DNA of 64,000 bases from an uncultured Micavibrio sp. (GCA_964478225.1 CAYZHM010000003.1:64632-128631), one strand, 5' to 3'; counted from the first letter of the stretch, positions 28,755 through 39,201 are shown. Translations and numbers: made by a program. Notes: generated from the sequence alone by a model not told the origin.

Positions 28755-29648
28755 TTACAGCGCTTCTGCACCGGAAATAATTTCAATCAATTCCTTCGTA
28801 ATATAAGCCTGACGCGCGCGGTTATACGCCAGCGTCAGATCGCTGATCATCTCGCCCGCGTTACGCGTTGCATTGTCCATCGCCGTCATACGTGCCGCCT
28901 GCTCGCCCGCTGATGTCTCCAGCAGTGCGCGGAAGATCTGCACACCGATATTTTTCGGCAAAAGATCATTCAAAATTTGTTCTTCGTCCGGCTCAAAATC
29001 ATAAGGAGAACTTGCCGTAGCTGCAGTTTCTTCCTCCGCTTGAACTTCCGGCAAACGGAATGGAATAACTTGCTGTGCCACCGGCTTTTGAACCAAAACC
29101 GATTGAAATTCGTTATAGATCAATGTGCAAACATCAAACGCATTCGTCTCGAATTTTTCCAGGATATAGCTTGTTACCGTATGCGCATCGGCATACTCAA
29201 CATTGGCTTTACCCGTAAACCCTGTATAGCCCTTCCAGACATGAGTCTTAAGCTCACGCTTCATAAGCTCCGCACCCTTGCGGCCAATGCAAACGATCGA
29301 AACTTCTTTGCCTTCTTTAAGCAAAGCAAACGCCTTCAACCGGGCTGCACGGTAAAGGTTTGAGTTAAACCCACCGCATAAACCGCGGTCAGCCGTCACC
29401 ACGACCAAAAGCTGCTTTTGCTCGCTGCCTGTGCCGGTCAATAACTTGGAACTTCCGGGACCAACCTGGATGTTTGCCGCAACACGCGACAACATGCCCG
29501 CCATGGCCTGCGCATAAGCTTGCGAGGCTTGCGCCTGTTCCTGTGCCCGGCGCAGCTTCGACGCCGCAACCATCTTCATCGCTGAAGTGATTTTCTTGGT
29601 CGATTTGACCGACTTAATCCGGTCTCTATAATCACGTAAGCTTGGCAT
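28755..29648 (-). CDS. atpG: F1 ATP synthase gamma subunit
   Basis: 297 aa. MPSLRDYRDRIKSVKSTKKITSAMKMVAASKLR N-terminus and ITKELIEIISGAEAL C-terminus. Confidence 0.96.
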   Translation of the reverse strand: MPSLRDYRDRIKSVKSTKKITSAMKMVAASKLRRAQEQAQASQAYAQAMAGMLSRVAANIQVGPGSSKLLTGTGSEQKQLLVVVTADRGLCGGFNSNLYRAARLKAFALLKEGKEVSIVCIGRKGAELMKRELKTHVWKGYTGFTGKANVEYADAHTVTSYILEKFETNAFDVCTLIYNEFQSVLVQKPVAQQVIPFRLPEVQAEEETAATASSPYDFEPDEEQILNDLLPKNIGVQIFRALLETSAGEQAARMTAMDNATRNAGEMISDLTLAYNRARQAYITKELIEIISGAEAL

Positions 29649-29651
29649 CTA

Positions 29652-29984
29652 TCATGCGACCTGTAGTTCTGGCGTGTGTAGTTTCGGTTTTTGCGCAGGA
29701 TGTGAAATCTCACAATGCACATTAGCATAGTGCCTGACCATTTCGGCGGCTTCGGCACTCATCGTCTGCAGGAATTCGTCCGTACCTTCCATATCCTTCA
29801 TCAAGAAAGATATTTCCTCAGCATTAAAGCCCATATTTTGGAGGTGAACGATCTGATCGAGTGACTGCACAGCTGCACCTTCGGCTTGCGCTTGAAACAA
29901 AAAACGCAAAATCTGGCAACGCCCGTCAACAACGCGGTTAGCGCGATCAATCATTTCTTTAGTGCTTAATTCTCTGTTCATCAT
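29652..29984 (-). CDS. Hypothetical 110-aa protein embedded between atpA and atpG
   Basis: The ORF fills the atpA-atpG gap: 13 nt after the atpA stop, and its stop lies 3 nt before the atpG ATG. No recognisable motif. Confidence 0.55.
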   Translation of the reverse strand: MMNRELSTKEMIDRANRVVDGRCQILRFLFQAQAEGAAVQSLDQIVHLQNMGFNAEEISFLMKDMEGTDEFLQTMSAEAAEMVRHYANVHCEISHPAQKPKLHTPELQVA

Positions 29985-29997
29985 GATATTCTCTCAG

Positions 29998-31551
29998 TCA
30001 AGCTGCCTCTTTTGTTTTTGTGCTCAAAAAACTCTTGCTGAAAGCATCGATAAATTTATGCATTTCCTTATCAAGATTTTCGTCAATCTTGTGTTCAGTC
30101 CGGATAAATTCAAGGATCTTCTTGCCGTTCGCACGCAAATGCTCAAGGAAGCGGTGCTCATATTCCTCAACATCGCCAAGAGCAACACCATCAAGATATC
30201 CCTTGGTGCCAGCAAAGATAACAACAACCTGTTCTTCCACAGACAATGGTGAGTATTGCGGCTGCTTCAAAAGCAGCGTCAAACGCGCACCACGCGCCAA
30301 CAATTTCTGGGTCGCAGGATCGAGATCCGAGGCAAACTGAGCGAAAGCTTCCATCTCGCGGTACTGTGCAAGCTCAAGCTTGATCGTACCAGCAACTTGC
30401 TTCATCGCTTTGATCTGCGCAGCAGAACCCACGCGGGACACGGACGCCCCGACGTCAATCGCCGGACGAATACCTTTAAAGAACAAACCTGTCTCAAGGA
30501 AGATCTGGCCATCGGTAATCGAAATTACGTTTGTAGGAATGTAAGCGGAAATGTCTCCGGCTTGCGTTTCAATAACAGGAAGCGCCGTCAAAGAACCTGA
30601 CCCTTGGGCTTCGCTCATTTTCGCGGCACGCTCCAGCAAGCGGGAGTGAATGTAGAACACGTCGCCAGGATACGCTTCGCGACCCGGCGGGCGGCGCAGC
30701 AACAAAGACATCTGGCGGTACGCCACAGCTTGCTTGGACAAGTCATCGTAAATCGCCAAAGCGTGAAGACCATTGTCACGGAAATATTCACCCATAGTGC
30801 AGCCTGTGTAAGGCGCCAGGAACTGCATTGGCGCCGGGTCCGATGCTGTTGCAGCCACAACGATGGAATATTCCATCGCGCCTTGCTCTTCAAGTTCCTT
30901 AACAAGCTGAGCAACTGTCGAACGCTTCTGACCGATCGATACATAGATACAGTACAAATGCTTCTTTTCATCAGAGGCACGATTAAGATATTTTTGGTTG
31001 ATGATCGTATCAAGCGCAACAGCCGTCTTACCGGTCTGACGGTCGCCGATAATCAACTCACGCTGACCACGCCCGATTGGAACCAAGGCATCAATCGCCT
31101 TCAAACCAGTCTGCATAGGCTCATGAACGGACTGACGTGGAATAATACCAGGCGCCTTCACTTCAACGCGGCGCATTTCTTTGGCTTTCAGCGGGCCTTT
31201 GCCATCAATCGGATTACCCAAGCCGTCAACAACACGGCCAAGCAGTTCTTTGCCGACTGGCACCTGAACAATTTCCCCTGTACGGCGAACGATATCGCCT
31301 TCCTTAATGTCGCGGTCATTCCCGAAAATAACAACCCCAACATTATCAACTTCAAGGTTCAAGGCCATGCCTTTGATACCTGAAGGAAACTCAACCATCT
31401 CTCCAGCCTGAACATTATCAAGGCCGTAAACGCGTGCCACACCGTCACCAACCGACAACACTTGTCCGATTTCTGCAACGTCTGCCTGCGCACCAAATTC
31501 AGATATTTGTTTCTTCAAAATTTCAGATATTTCTGCAGCTTTGATTTCCAT
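29998..31551 (-). CDS. atpA: F1 ATP synthase alpha subunit
   Basis: 517 aa, P-loop GDRQTGKT, typical alpha N-terminus [16 protein letters not shown]. Confidence 0.98.
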   Translation of the reverse strand: MEIKAAEISEILKKQISEFGAQADVAEIGQVLSVGDGVARVYGLDNVQAGEMVEFPSGIKGMALNLEVDNVGVVIFGNDRDIKEGDIVRRTGEIVQVPVGKELLGRVVDGLGNPIDGKGPLKAKEMRRVEVKAPGIIPRQSVHEPMQTGLKAIDALVPIGRGQRELIIGDRQTGKTAVALDTIINQKYLNRASDEKKHLYCIYVSIGQKRSTVAQLVKELEEQGAMEYSIVVAATASDPAPMQFLAPYTGCTMGEYFRDNGLHALAIYDDLSKQAVAYRQMSLLLRRPPGREAYPGDVFYIHSRLLERAAKMSEAQGSGSLTALPVIETQAGDISAYIPTNVISITDGQIFLETGLFFKGIRPAIDVGASVSRVGSAAQIKAMKQVAGTIKLELAQYREMEAFAQFASDLDPATQKLLARGARLTLLLKQPQYSPLSVEEQVVVIFAGTKGYLDGVALGDVEEYEHRFLEHLRANGKKILEFIRTEHKIDENLDKEMHKFIDAFSKSFLSTKTKEAA

Positions 31552-31554
31552 TGT

Positions 31555-32142
31555 TTATGCCTCTTTTTTTGTCATGGTGGAATTTTGATTGGAATGCCCG
31601 GCCATTGCAGCCTTCAAGCGTTCCAGCTTGCGGCGTACGGAATGATCAACCATAAACGAGCCAACAGTTACAATAAGCCCGCCTATAATTTCCGGATTAA
31701 TTTTGATTTGAATATTAACGTCTTTGCCAAAAGATTTCTTCAAAGACTCATGTAAAGCCTTCGCTTGCTTCGCATTCAATTCTTGTGCAACCTCAACATC
31801 AGCTTCAATCGTATCATTGCGTCTTGCCGCTTCCTGAAAGAACGCAACCACAATGTCATGAACAGCTTGAGTTCTGTGGTTCTGCACAAGCATGCCCAAG
31901 AAATTATTCGTCAGTTTATGAAACTTGGCTTTCTGAGCCACCGCTTGGATGGCGTTCATTCTTTCGGACTCACCAAAACCCGGTGAATCAAACACGGACC
32001 GAAAATCGCTAAAATTTTCGAACATCTCCGCCAAGTAACCCATGTCTTTTTCGACATCGGTTACGGCTTTTTTGTCTTCTGCTAAATCAAGCAGCGCTGA
32101 GGCGTATCGTCTCGCCAAAAGTGAGGATGATTTCTGTCCCAA
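31555..32142 (-). CDS. atpH: F1 ATP synthase delta (OSCP) subunit
   Basis: LARRYASALLDLA N-terminus and GGLIV.VGS..VDHS near the C-terminus. TTG start in the track; the exact start is uncertain. Confidence 0.88.
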   Translation of the reverse strand: MGQKSSSLLARRYASALLDLAEDKKAVTDVEKDMGYLAEMFENFSDFRSVFDSPGFGESERMNAIQAVAQKAKFHKLTNNFLGMLVQNHRTQAVHDIVVAFFQEAARRNDTIEADVEVAQELNAKQAKALHESLKKSFGKDVNIQIKINPEIIGGLIVTVGSFMVDHSVRRKLERLKAAMAGHSNQNSTMTKKEA

Positions 32143-32239
32143 AGCCCACCAAAACTCATTAATTTGTTAACGATTCCAATTGTAGAAAGGGTGTAGCACA
32201 CGCTTTCGCATATGACAAGGGTTCTAAAGCGCTAAAATA

Positions 32240-33028
32240 CTAAAAAATATGCCATTGGAACCAAGCATAATCTTTTGTCTCCAATAGAAGCGCTAAAACC
32301 CTGAAAACGACCAGATGAACAACATAAATCTCAAGTGTCCGGCGCCCCCCCATTTTTAACAAAAAAACAGCAATTTTCGGCACTTTCCCGATTAAATCAG
32401 CATAAGTTCTAGGCTCAAAAAAGTACATTAAAGCAAAACCAATGAAGCAACTGAGCGCCATAACAAGAAATTCAACCGGACTGAATTCAAAAACCAGGCT
32501 TTGAGACAAAATAAGAAAAACCAAAGAAGCCAGCATGATGTGCTCAAGAGTTTTATCTGAAAGCTTCTCCCGGTGGCGAAGCGCATAACCGTATAGCGCC
32601 AGCAACAAGCCTACGGTTCCATATTCACAGACATATTGACGAGTTGGCCACCAAAGCATGGCCAAAACAACAACCCCGCCCCAAAGCCACAAGCTATTTT
32701 TGTAAAGCATGATTGATGCCGTCCGATCCAGAAACAAACGAATGAGCATAAAACTCACCAGAATGCTAAGCGGCAATACGTCCTCACCCACAACGAGATT
32801 GGTAACAAAAAGAACCAATGCCCCAATCATAAGACGTGCCGAAACTTCGCGTGTCTCAGCATAACCAATCAGCCCGATCCAGATCGGCAGACAACCGCGT
32901 CCAATGGCGCGAAACATATCCGTTTCAGGATAGAAATAAGCACCAATATGATCGATGATCATAAGGACAATCGCCAAAGACTTATAAAAGTCATAAGACG
33001 TAAGGCTGGAAGGATAAGGTTTTGCCAT
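32240..33028 (-). CDS. TraX-family membrane protein (putative acyltransferase-like)
   Basis: 262 aa, multi-pass. N-terminal LAIVLMIIDHIG...AIGRGCLPIW resembles the TraX family signature as recalled. Confidence 0.5.
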   Translation of the reverse strand: MAKPYPSSLTSYDFYKSLAIVLMIIDHIGAYFYPETDMFRAIGRGCLPIWIGLIGYAETREVSARLMIGALVLFVTNLVVGEDVLPLSILVSFMLIRLFLDRTASIMLYKNSLWLWGGVVVLAMLWWPTRQYVCEYGTVGLLLALYGYALRHREKLSDKTLEHIMLASLVFLILSQSLVFEFSPVEFLVMALSCFIGFALMYFFEPRTYADLIGKVPKIAVFLLKMGGRRTLEIYVVHLVVFRVLALLLETKDYAWFQWHIF

Positions 33029-33040
33029 CTCACTAACGTC

Positions 33041-35233
33041 TTACAAAAAACTCTGCGGATCAATATCGATTGCAATCCTGACCGCAGACGGGGCCTTAAC
33101 TTGGGATACCCACTTTGCAATAGCCTTTTGAATATCGACATTCTTATCCGTTCGTACCAAAAACCTGTAGCGATACTTACCTCTTAACTTTGCATAGGGC
33201 GCAGGCGCCGGCCCGAACGTATTAATATTCGGTCCCTGCGGTGCCGCTTTACCAAGCTCTTTGGATATCTCTATAACCTGCCGCTCATCTCGGCCCGAGA
33301 CGATAATCCCGGCCAGCCGGGCATAAGGGGGCATACGGGCCTGCTCCCGCTCGGCGGCTTCCACTTCAAGAAAAGAATCACGAACACCTTCTTGAAGCGC
33401 TTTCATAATCCGGTGCTCCGGCATAAAGGTCTGGAGATAAACAGTACCATTTTTCTCTTCCCGGCCTGCGCGCCCTGCGACTTGATGAAGCAATTGATAG
33501 ACTCGCTCCGCCGCACGCAGCTCCCCGCCAGTCAAACCCAGATCCGCATCGATAACGCCAACACAGGTCAGCTGAGGGAAATGATGGCCCTTGGCGATAA
33601 TCTGCGTGCCGATGATAATGTCGACCTCATTATTATGAATTTTCGCCAGCATGGCTTTCAGATCGTCCTGGTTCTCTGCCGTATCGCTCGCCAGAACCAT
33701 CGTGCGCGCATCCGGAAAAAGTGATTTCACTTCTTCGTGAATGCGCTCCACGCCAGGCCCGCACGCTGCGAAACTATCCTCCGCCGCGCATTCCGGACAG
33801 GTCTTGGGCAGCTGTGCCGTAAACCCGCAATGATGACACTGAAGATTTCCGAATGACTTATGCTCAACAAGCCACGCCGTACAACGCGGACATTCAAGCC
33901 GATGGCCGCACCCCCGGCATAATGTCAGCGGCGCATAACCACGCCGGTTCAGAAACAAAAGTGCCTGCTCGCCATTCGCGAGAGTGTTCTCTACGGCCTC
34001 TTTCAAAGTCGGAGATATAAAGTGCTGACGATCGGGTTTGTCATTTTTCAAATCAATGACCTCAATCTCCGGAAGCTTCGCACCTCCAAAACGATCGGGA
34101 AGATGCAAATGCTCATACCGCCCCTGCCACGCATTATGCATCGTCTCCAGCGATGGGGTCGCAGAAACAAGCACGATCGGAATCTTGCCCATGTGTGCCC
34201 GCACCACAGCCATATCCCGCGCATGATAGATAACATTGTCCTCCTGTTTGTAGGCCGGATCATGCTCCTCATCGACGACAATCAGGCCAAGATTTTTATA
34301 AGGAAGGAACAATGCCGATCGCGCCCCAACCACAACTTTCGTCTGCCCCTTCGCCACACCACGCCACGTCATTCTTCTTTGCGCCGGCGTAAGATTGGAA
34401 TGCCACAAAGCAGGCTCGCAGCCGAACCGTGTTTTGAAGCGCTCCATAAATGCATTCGACAATGCAATTTCAGGAAGCAAAAGCAGAACCTGCTTGTCAT
34501 GCTTCAAAGCTTCAGCGACAGCTTCGAAATAAACCTCGGTTTTCCCCGCACCCGTCACCCCGTCCAGCAACGCCGCCTTGAATTTATTCTCTTTGAAATA
34601 CGCGCACAAATGATTGGCAATTTGCCGCTGGTCTTGTGAAAGATCTGGGCCGGGCCGGTAAGGATCCGGGTTTTTACACGGTGGCGGCTCAAAAATTTCA
34701 ACCTCCTGCAAAATCCCTTTATCCACGAGCGCCTTCATGACAGAGGACGACACCCCCGCATCCGAAGGACGCCGCGGCTCACCATCGCGCATCGCATTCA
34801 AAGCCTCTAGTTGTTTTGCAGGCAGTTTTCTATCCGTATCTCTCAAAAGCTGATACGCCTTCACCGGCTTCGCAGCCTTCAAACCGTCCGGAACACTCAC
34901 CGCCATCTTCATGACAAACCCGCGCGGCGTCATCGTATAATCCGCGACCCAGTCGATAAATTCGCGCATCACGGCGGGCATCGGCTCCATTGTATACTTA
35001 TAAAGCGCCGTCTTCAGTTTCGCCGGACTGACATCTCCGGCCGCACTGCCCCAAACAACACCAATCACTTCGCGTCCGCCCAGCGGCACACAAACATAAT
35101 CACCGGGCACCAACGCCTCACCGTCCGGCACAATATAATCATAGGCCTTATCGACAGGATAAGGCACCAGAACGGCCATACATTGCTGGGCTTGCGCCTG
35201 CGGCAATTCTTTTTCTTGAAAAAGTGTCTGCAT
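33041..35233 (-). CDS. priA: Primosomal protein N' (replication restart helicase)
   Basis: 730 aa. Walker A GVTGAGKT, VVDEEHD box, Zn-binding Cys cluster CRGCGHRLECPRC...CHHCG. Confidence 0.95.
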   Translation of the reverse strand: MQTLFQEKELPQAQAQQCMAVLVPYPVDKAYDYIVPDGEALVPGDYVCVPLGGREVIGVVWGSAAGDVSPAKLKTALYKYTMEPMPAVMREFIDWVADYTMTPRGFVMKMAVSVPDGLKAAKPVKAYQLLRDTDRKLPAKQLEALNAMRDGEPRRPSDAGVSSSVMKALVDKGILQEVEIFEPPPCKNPDPYRPGPDLSQDQRQIANHLCAYFKENKFKAALLDGVTGAGKTEVYFEAVAEALKHDKQVLLLLPEIALSNAFMERFKTRFGCEPALWHSNLTPAQRRMTWRGVAKGQTKVVVGARSALFLPYKNLGLIVVDEEHDPAYKQEDNVIYHARDMAVVRAHMGKIPIVLVSATPSLETMHNAWQGRYEHLHLPDRFGGAKLPEIEVIDLKNDKPDRQHFISPTLKEAVENTLANGEQALLFLNRRGYAPLTLCRGCGHRLECPRCTAWLVEHKSFGNLQCHHCGFTAQLPKTCPECAAEDSFAACGPGVERIHEEVKSLFPDARTMVLASDTAENQDDLKAMLAKIHNNEVDIIIGTQIIAKGHHFPQLTCVGVIDADLGLTGGELRAAERVYQLLHQVAGRAGREEKNGTVYLQTFMPEHRIMKALQEGVRDSFLEVEAAEREQARMPPYARLAGIIVSGRDERQVIEISKELGKAAPQGPNINTFGPAPAPYAKLRGKYRYRFLVRTDKNVDIQKAIAKWVSQVKAPSAVRIAIDIDPQSFL

Positions 35234-35284
35234 ATATATAGGTATGATGGCACAGGTTTTTTGTAAAAGAAAAGGGAAACAGTA

Positions 35285-35941
35285 ATGAAATTTTTTGTCG
35301 ACACCGCCGATATTAATGAGATTAAAGATCTGGCCGATACAGGCTTGTTGGACGGCGTGACCACCAACCCCTCCCTGATCGCCAAATCAGGCAAGAAATT
35401 CATCCCGTTAATCGAGGAAATCTGCGAAGTGGTCAAGGGCCCCGTCAGTGCCGAAGTCGCCGCCACCGATTACAAAACCATGATTAAAGAAGGCAAAAAA
35501 CTCGCCGAAATCGCCGACAATGTGGCGGTCAAAGTGCCGCTGACCCCCGATGGCCTCAAAGTCTGCAAAGAACTATCCGATGCCGGCACCATGGTGAATG
35601 TTACATTATGTTTTTCCGCCGGACAGGCCATTCTTGCCGCCAAGGCCGGAGCAACTTTTGTCTCTCCCTTCGTTGGCCGCCTGGATGATATTTCCGCCGA
35701 CGGTTTGAGATTAATCTCCGAAATCTGCACGATCTACGACAACTATCCCGATTTCCACACGCAGGTTTTGGTGGCGTCCGTGCGCTCACCCATGCACATC
35801 ATCGAATCAGCCAAAATGGGCGCGCATGTCATGACCGGCCCCGCCAGCGTGATCAAACAGCTCTATAACCATCCGCTGACCGATAAAGGCCTCGCGGCAT
35901 TTGTAGAAGACTGGAAAAAGACAGGCCAGAGTATTTTATAA
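35285..35941 (+). CDS. tal: Short-form transaldolase / fructose-6-phosphate aldolase family
   Basis: 218 aa, [14 protein letters not shown], Schiff-base lysine context VAVKVPLT. Confidence 0.92.
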   Translation: MKFFVDTADINEIKDLADTGLLDGVTTNPSLIAKSGKKFIPLIEEICEVVKGPVSAEVAATDYKTMIKEGKKLAEIADNVAVKVPLTPDGLKVCKELSDAGTMVNVTLCFSAGQAILAAKAGATFVSPFVGRLDDISADGLRLISEICTIYDNYPDFHTQVLVASVRSPMHIIESAKMGAHVMTGPASVIKQLYNHPLTDKGLAAFVEDWKKTGQSIL

Positions 35942-36124
35942 CTGGTGATCTTTTGTAGACAGACGGAAGGGAGAGTTTTGCGCCTCAACTTCCTGGATAA
36001 GAATATCAGCCCTGTCTTCTCTGGACAGATGACCGTACTTTTCCAAAAACTCTTCGCCTATTCTGGCACACTCTGCATTGGCTTCACGATTGGCAGCACG
36101 ATCAAAATGGATAGCATGTTTCAT
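35936..36124 (-). CDS. Hypothetical small protein
   Basis: 62-aa ORF with GGAG about 10 nt upstream of the ATG. Convergent 6-nt overlap with tal. Weak evidence. Confidence 0.3.
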   Translation of the reverse strand: MKHAIHFDRAANREANAECARIGEEFLEKYGHLSREDRADILIQEVEAQNSPFRLSTKDHQL

Positions 36125-36251
36125 ACTTACTCAGCTCCGTTTTTTATTATTAACCATAAGAAAACACGTTCCGAAAACGCGTTCAAGTATCTTTTTGAAA
36201 AATAATCTAATTATTTTCTGAAATTTTACCCCGATATGATATGATTTAAAA

Positions 36252-36956
36252 ATGACTGAGGTACTCGACAAAGTGACTGATTCCCTATCTCCTGACGATG
36301 TTCTCGAATTTCTGAAGAACAACCCCAAATTTTTGGACAAGTATCCTGAAGCGCTGGATTACTTAACGCCGCCCAAGGCTGTAGCCGAAAAGGGCGTTGC
36401 TGATTTTCAGCAGCACCTGATCAAGCGCCTCAAAGCAGACAAAGATAATGCGCTGGCCACAACAAAGAACATTGTTGAAACGGCCCGCACCAACATGAAC
36501 AACCAGCAGCGTATTCATAAGGCCGTTCTTGCGCTGCTCGAATCCCGCAACTTCGAAGAATTCATTCAAAGCATCACCATGGATTTGTCCTCGATGCTTG
36601 ATGTGGACATTGCCGTGCTTATCGTTGAAACAGACGGAAGCCAGATCCCGCACATTCACAACACCGGCATCAGACTTGTCCCGGAAGGCACAGTTGCCAG
36701 ATGGATGAAGGACAAAAATGTGATGCTGGAAGATAACATCAGCGGCATCGAAGCAATTTATGGCGGTGGCGCGACATTGGTAAAATCTCAAATACTCCTC
36801 CGCGTCGATATCGCCATGGACACCCCACCCGCCATCCTCGCCTTTGGCTCGCGCCATCCTGAAATGTTTGCCGAAGGTCAAGCAACCGACCAGATCCTCT
36901 TCCTCACTCGCGTAATTGAACGGTGTTTCCGCACATGGCTGAGCTTGCCGGTATAA
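36252..36956 (+). CDS. DUF484-family protein
   Basis: 234 aa, GAF-like C-terminal half. Its position directly upstream of and overlapping xerC matches the usual DUF484-xerC synteny. Confidence 0.7.
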   Translation: MTEVLDKVTDSLSPDDVLEFLKNNPKFLDKYPEALDYLTPPKAVAEKGVADFQQHLIKRLKADKDNALATTKNIVETARTNMNNQQRIHKAVLALLESRNFEEFIQSITMDLSSMLDVDIAVLIVETDGSQIPHIHNTGIRLVPEGTVARWMKDKNVMLEDNISGIEAIYGGGATLVKSQILLRVDIAMDTPPAILAFGSRHPEMFAEGQATDQILFLTRVIERCFRTWLSLPV

Positions 36957-37888
36957 AAGACGCAACGCTTGCTATTTGCGCGCCCGACCTCCAAGACACT
37001 CTCAAAAAATGGATGGATTTTTTACGCTATGAGAAGAATGTCTCGCGCCACACTTTTCGTGCGTACTCCACCGACATCACACAATTCATCACATTTTTAA
37101 ACAAGCATATTGGCAAACCTCCATCCATTAACGATTTATCAGAGGCAGGGATTTCTGATTTCCGCTCATGGATGTCACGCAAAGCCATGGACGGTGCCTC
37201 TAATGCTTCACGCGCTCGCTCACTTTCGGGTGTCAAAAATCTTCTCAACTGGATGGACAAAAACGGCATCATGCATAACGCAGCAATTAAAATTGTCAGA
37301 ACGCCAAAAAAATCACATAAACTTCCCCGCCCCTTGCAGGAACGTCAAGCATTTGAAGTCTTGGAAAAGGCAGGCCTTTTCGCCAAAGAGGATTGGGTTG
37401 AAGCCCGCGACAAAGCTCTTTTTACATTGTTATATGGCTGCGGCTTGCGAATTGACGAAGCACTCTCGCTCAACATGGGAAACCTGCCTCAAGATGGGTT
37501 TCTGCGCGTTCTGGGTAAAGGCCGCAAAGAACGTCAGATCCCCGTGATCGATCTGGTTGAGCAAGGCCTCAAACATTATCTGAAATTAAATCCTTTTCAT
37601 AAAGATCCAAAAGGCCCGCTTTTCCGAGGCACACGCGGCGGCAGGCTATCTCAAGGCGTCGCCCAAAAATCTATGCGCGATTTAAGAGCATCTCTCGGCC
37701 TGCCCGATACCGCAACACCACACGCTCTGCGCCACAGCTTCGCAACACACTTGCTACAGAACGGCGCCAATTTAAGGGAAATTCAGGAACTGCTGGGCCA
37801 TGCTTCCTTAAGCACGACCCAACGCTATACCGAAGTGAATGCGGACGAGCTGATCAAGATATACAAAGCAGCTCACCCGCGATCATGA
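36935..37888 (+). CDS. xerC: Tyrosine recombinase XerC
   Basis: Catalytic-region motifs GLRIDEALSL, HALRHSFATHLL, LLGHASLSTTQRYT. ATG at 36935 preferred over the GTG at 36923. Confidence 0.9.
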   Translation: MAELAGIKDATLAICAPDLQDTLKKWMDFLRYEKNVSRHTFRAYSTDITQFITFLNKHIGKPPSINDLSEAGISDFRSWMSRKAMDGASNASRARSLSGVKNLLNWMDKNGIMHNAAIKIVRTPKKSHKLPRPLQERQAFEVLEKAGLFAKEDWVEARDKALFTLLYGCGLRIDEALSLNMGNLPQDGFLRVLGKGRKERQIPVIDLVEQGLKHYLKLNPFHKDPKGPLFRGTRGGRLSQGVAQKSMRDLRASLGLPDTATPHALRHSFATHLLQNGANLREIQELLGHASLSTTQRYTEVNADELIKIYKAAHPRS

Positions 37889-37890
37889 CA

Positions 37891-39201
37891 TCATGTCAAA
37901 AAGTCCAAGATCGAAGGAACACTTAAAGCAACAACACTCGTCTGAATACTCTGCCGCGTTTGCAACGCCAGTAAATTCGCTCCGTCTTCATTCTGATCCG
38001 ATATGGTTAAATCGCTGCTTCCAGCCTTGAGCAGATTGATGGTTTCCTGGGTAAAGGTGTCGCGTGTTTCTAAAACACTATAATGGATACTTAAGGATGA
38101 AGCATAGCGGCGGAGATCCTCCCGGGCCTGCCGAACTTTATCAAGCTCGTCTGTAATTGATCTTAAATGATTGAAATTCACATCACCCAGCCCAAGGCCT
38201 CCACTGGTCGCGTCAATTCCATCAGTTTTCAATGATGTCGTCGCAGTAGGGCTAAGATAGGTTGTTAAAGATTCCTCTTTGAGAAGATTTAAGCCCCGGT
38301 AATTCGCATCTTTGGCCAGTGTATCAATCTGCTCTCTAAGCCCTGCATACTCTTCCGAAAACGATGTTTCAGCATCAGCTTCCAAAGTAGAAACCCCATT
38401 GGTAATATCATCTCCTACAAAACTTACATTTCGAAAATAGGCATCCCCGTCATCCCCGCCCCCATCGTCATCAGCAAGAAAAATCATATGAGAATAACTG
38501 CCAGTGAAATATTGCCCGACCGGAATAGATACAGTCACCCATTCGCCAGAGGCATCATATTGATAGGTGGGAATTGGCGCAGAATAGGTAAATCCCGTAA
38601 GCTGTGTTCCATACAAAAAGAAAAACTCATCGTTATTTATATAGTTATTATCTGTATCAAAACCGATGAGGGAAATTTCTGGAATGTTTGTACTTTTATA
38701 GTCAAATTGCAAAACGGTATTTTCAGTTAAAACATAATCAAACGCATACCTTTTCCATGCTCCGTTATCAAGAACAATACCTTGACCATTATTTATAGTA
38801 TTAACCGTCGATCCGGCAGGGTCCTGAGTTCCTGAGTAACTTAAAAAATCGGAGATATTTGAAAAATCAAGATGATACCCATCGACAAACTCTTCAATTC
38901 TTTCCTGTAAAAAAGCCTCGGAACTATCCAGAATTTTTTGAATGGCTTCAATCCCGTGCTCTGTTTCTTGAATGGTTCGTATACTATTGATAATCCCGTC
39001 ATGAACACTCCCAAGTCTTTTAGCCTGACTGTTGAGCGCGCGCGCTGTAAAAAAATTCTGAGGGTTATCAAGCGCACTATTAACATCTTGGCCTGTGGCC
39101 AAGCGTAAAGTCATTTCATCAATGGCACGGGACGTTTTCTGAATAGCGTCAAGACGCTGCTTCTGCTGACCGCTCAATATGCCTTCTGCACGCGAAACCA
39201 T
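37891..39201 (-). CDS. Flagellin/FlgL-family protein with inserted beta-rich central domain
   Basis: The N-terminus LRLATGQDVNSALDNPQNFFTARALNSQAKRL...IRTIQETEHGIEAIQKIL and the C-terminus DQNEDGANLLALQTRQSIQTSVVALSVPSILDFL match flagellin terminal helices. The central 250 aa or so is unrelated. Confidence 0.6.
   Translation of the reverse strand: MVSRAEGILSGQQKQRLDAIQKTSRAIDEMTLRLATGQDVNSALDNPQNFFTARALNSQAKRLGSVHDGIINSIRTIQETEHGIEAIQKILDSSEAFLQERIEEFVDGYHLDFSNISDFLSYSGTQDPAGSTVNTINNGQGIVLDNGAWKRYAFDYVLTENTVLQFDYKSTNIPEISLIGFDTDNNYINNDEFFFLYGTQLTGFTYSAPIPTYQYDASGEWVTVSIPVGQYFTGSYSHMIFLADDDGGGDDGDAYFRNVSFVGDDITNGVSTLEADAETSFSEEYAGLREQIDTLAKDANYRGLNLLKEESLTTYLSPTATTSLKTDGIDATSGGLGLGDVNFNHLRSITDELDKVRQAREDLRRYASSLSIHYSVLETRDTFTQETINLLKAGSSDLTISDQNEDGANLLALQTRQSIQTSVVALSVPSILDFLT

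Noticed and set aside
29652-29984. The atp-embedded ORF as the alphaproteobacterial zeta inhibitor (DUF1476)
   Set aside because: The size is similar, but I see no resemblance to the zeta N-terminal inhibitory region as I recall it. It is kept as an unknown.
34022-34639. 205-aa plus-strand ORF inside priA. Similar shadows occur at 36363..36965, 50197..50838, 57048..57605, 9420..9995 and 43590..44547.
   Set aside because: All are antisense to better-supported genes and have R/H/L-rich low-information composition.
36935-37888. Tyrosine recombinase as the integrase of a mobile element
   Set aside because: The DUF484-xerC synteny and full XerC-type motifs point to the housekeeping dif recombinase. 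I noticed no flanking direct repeats, tRNA target or phage genes.
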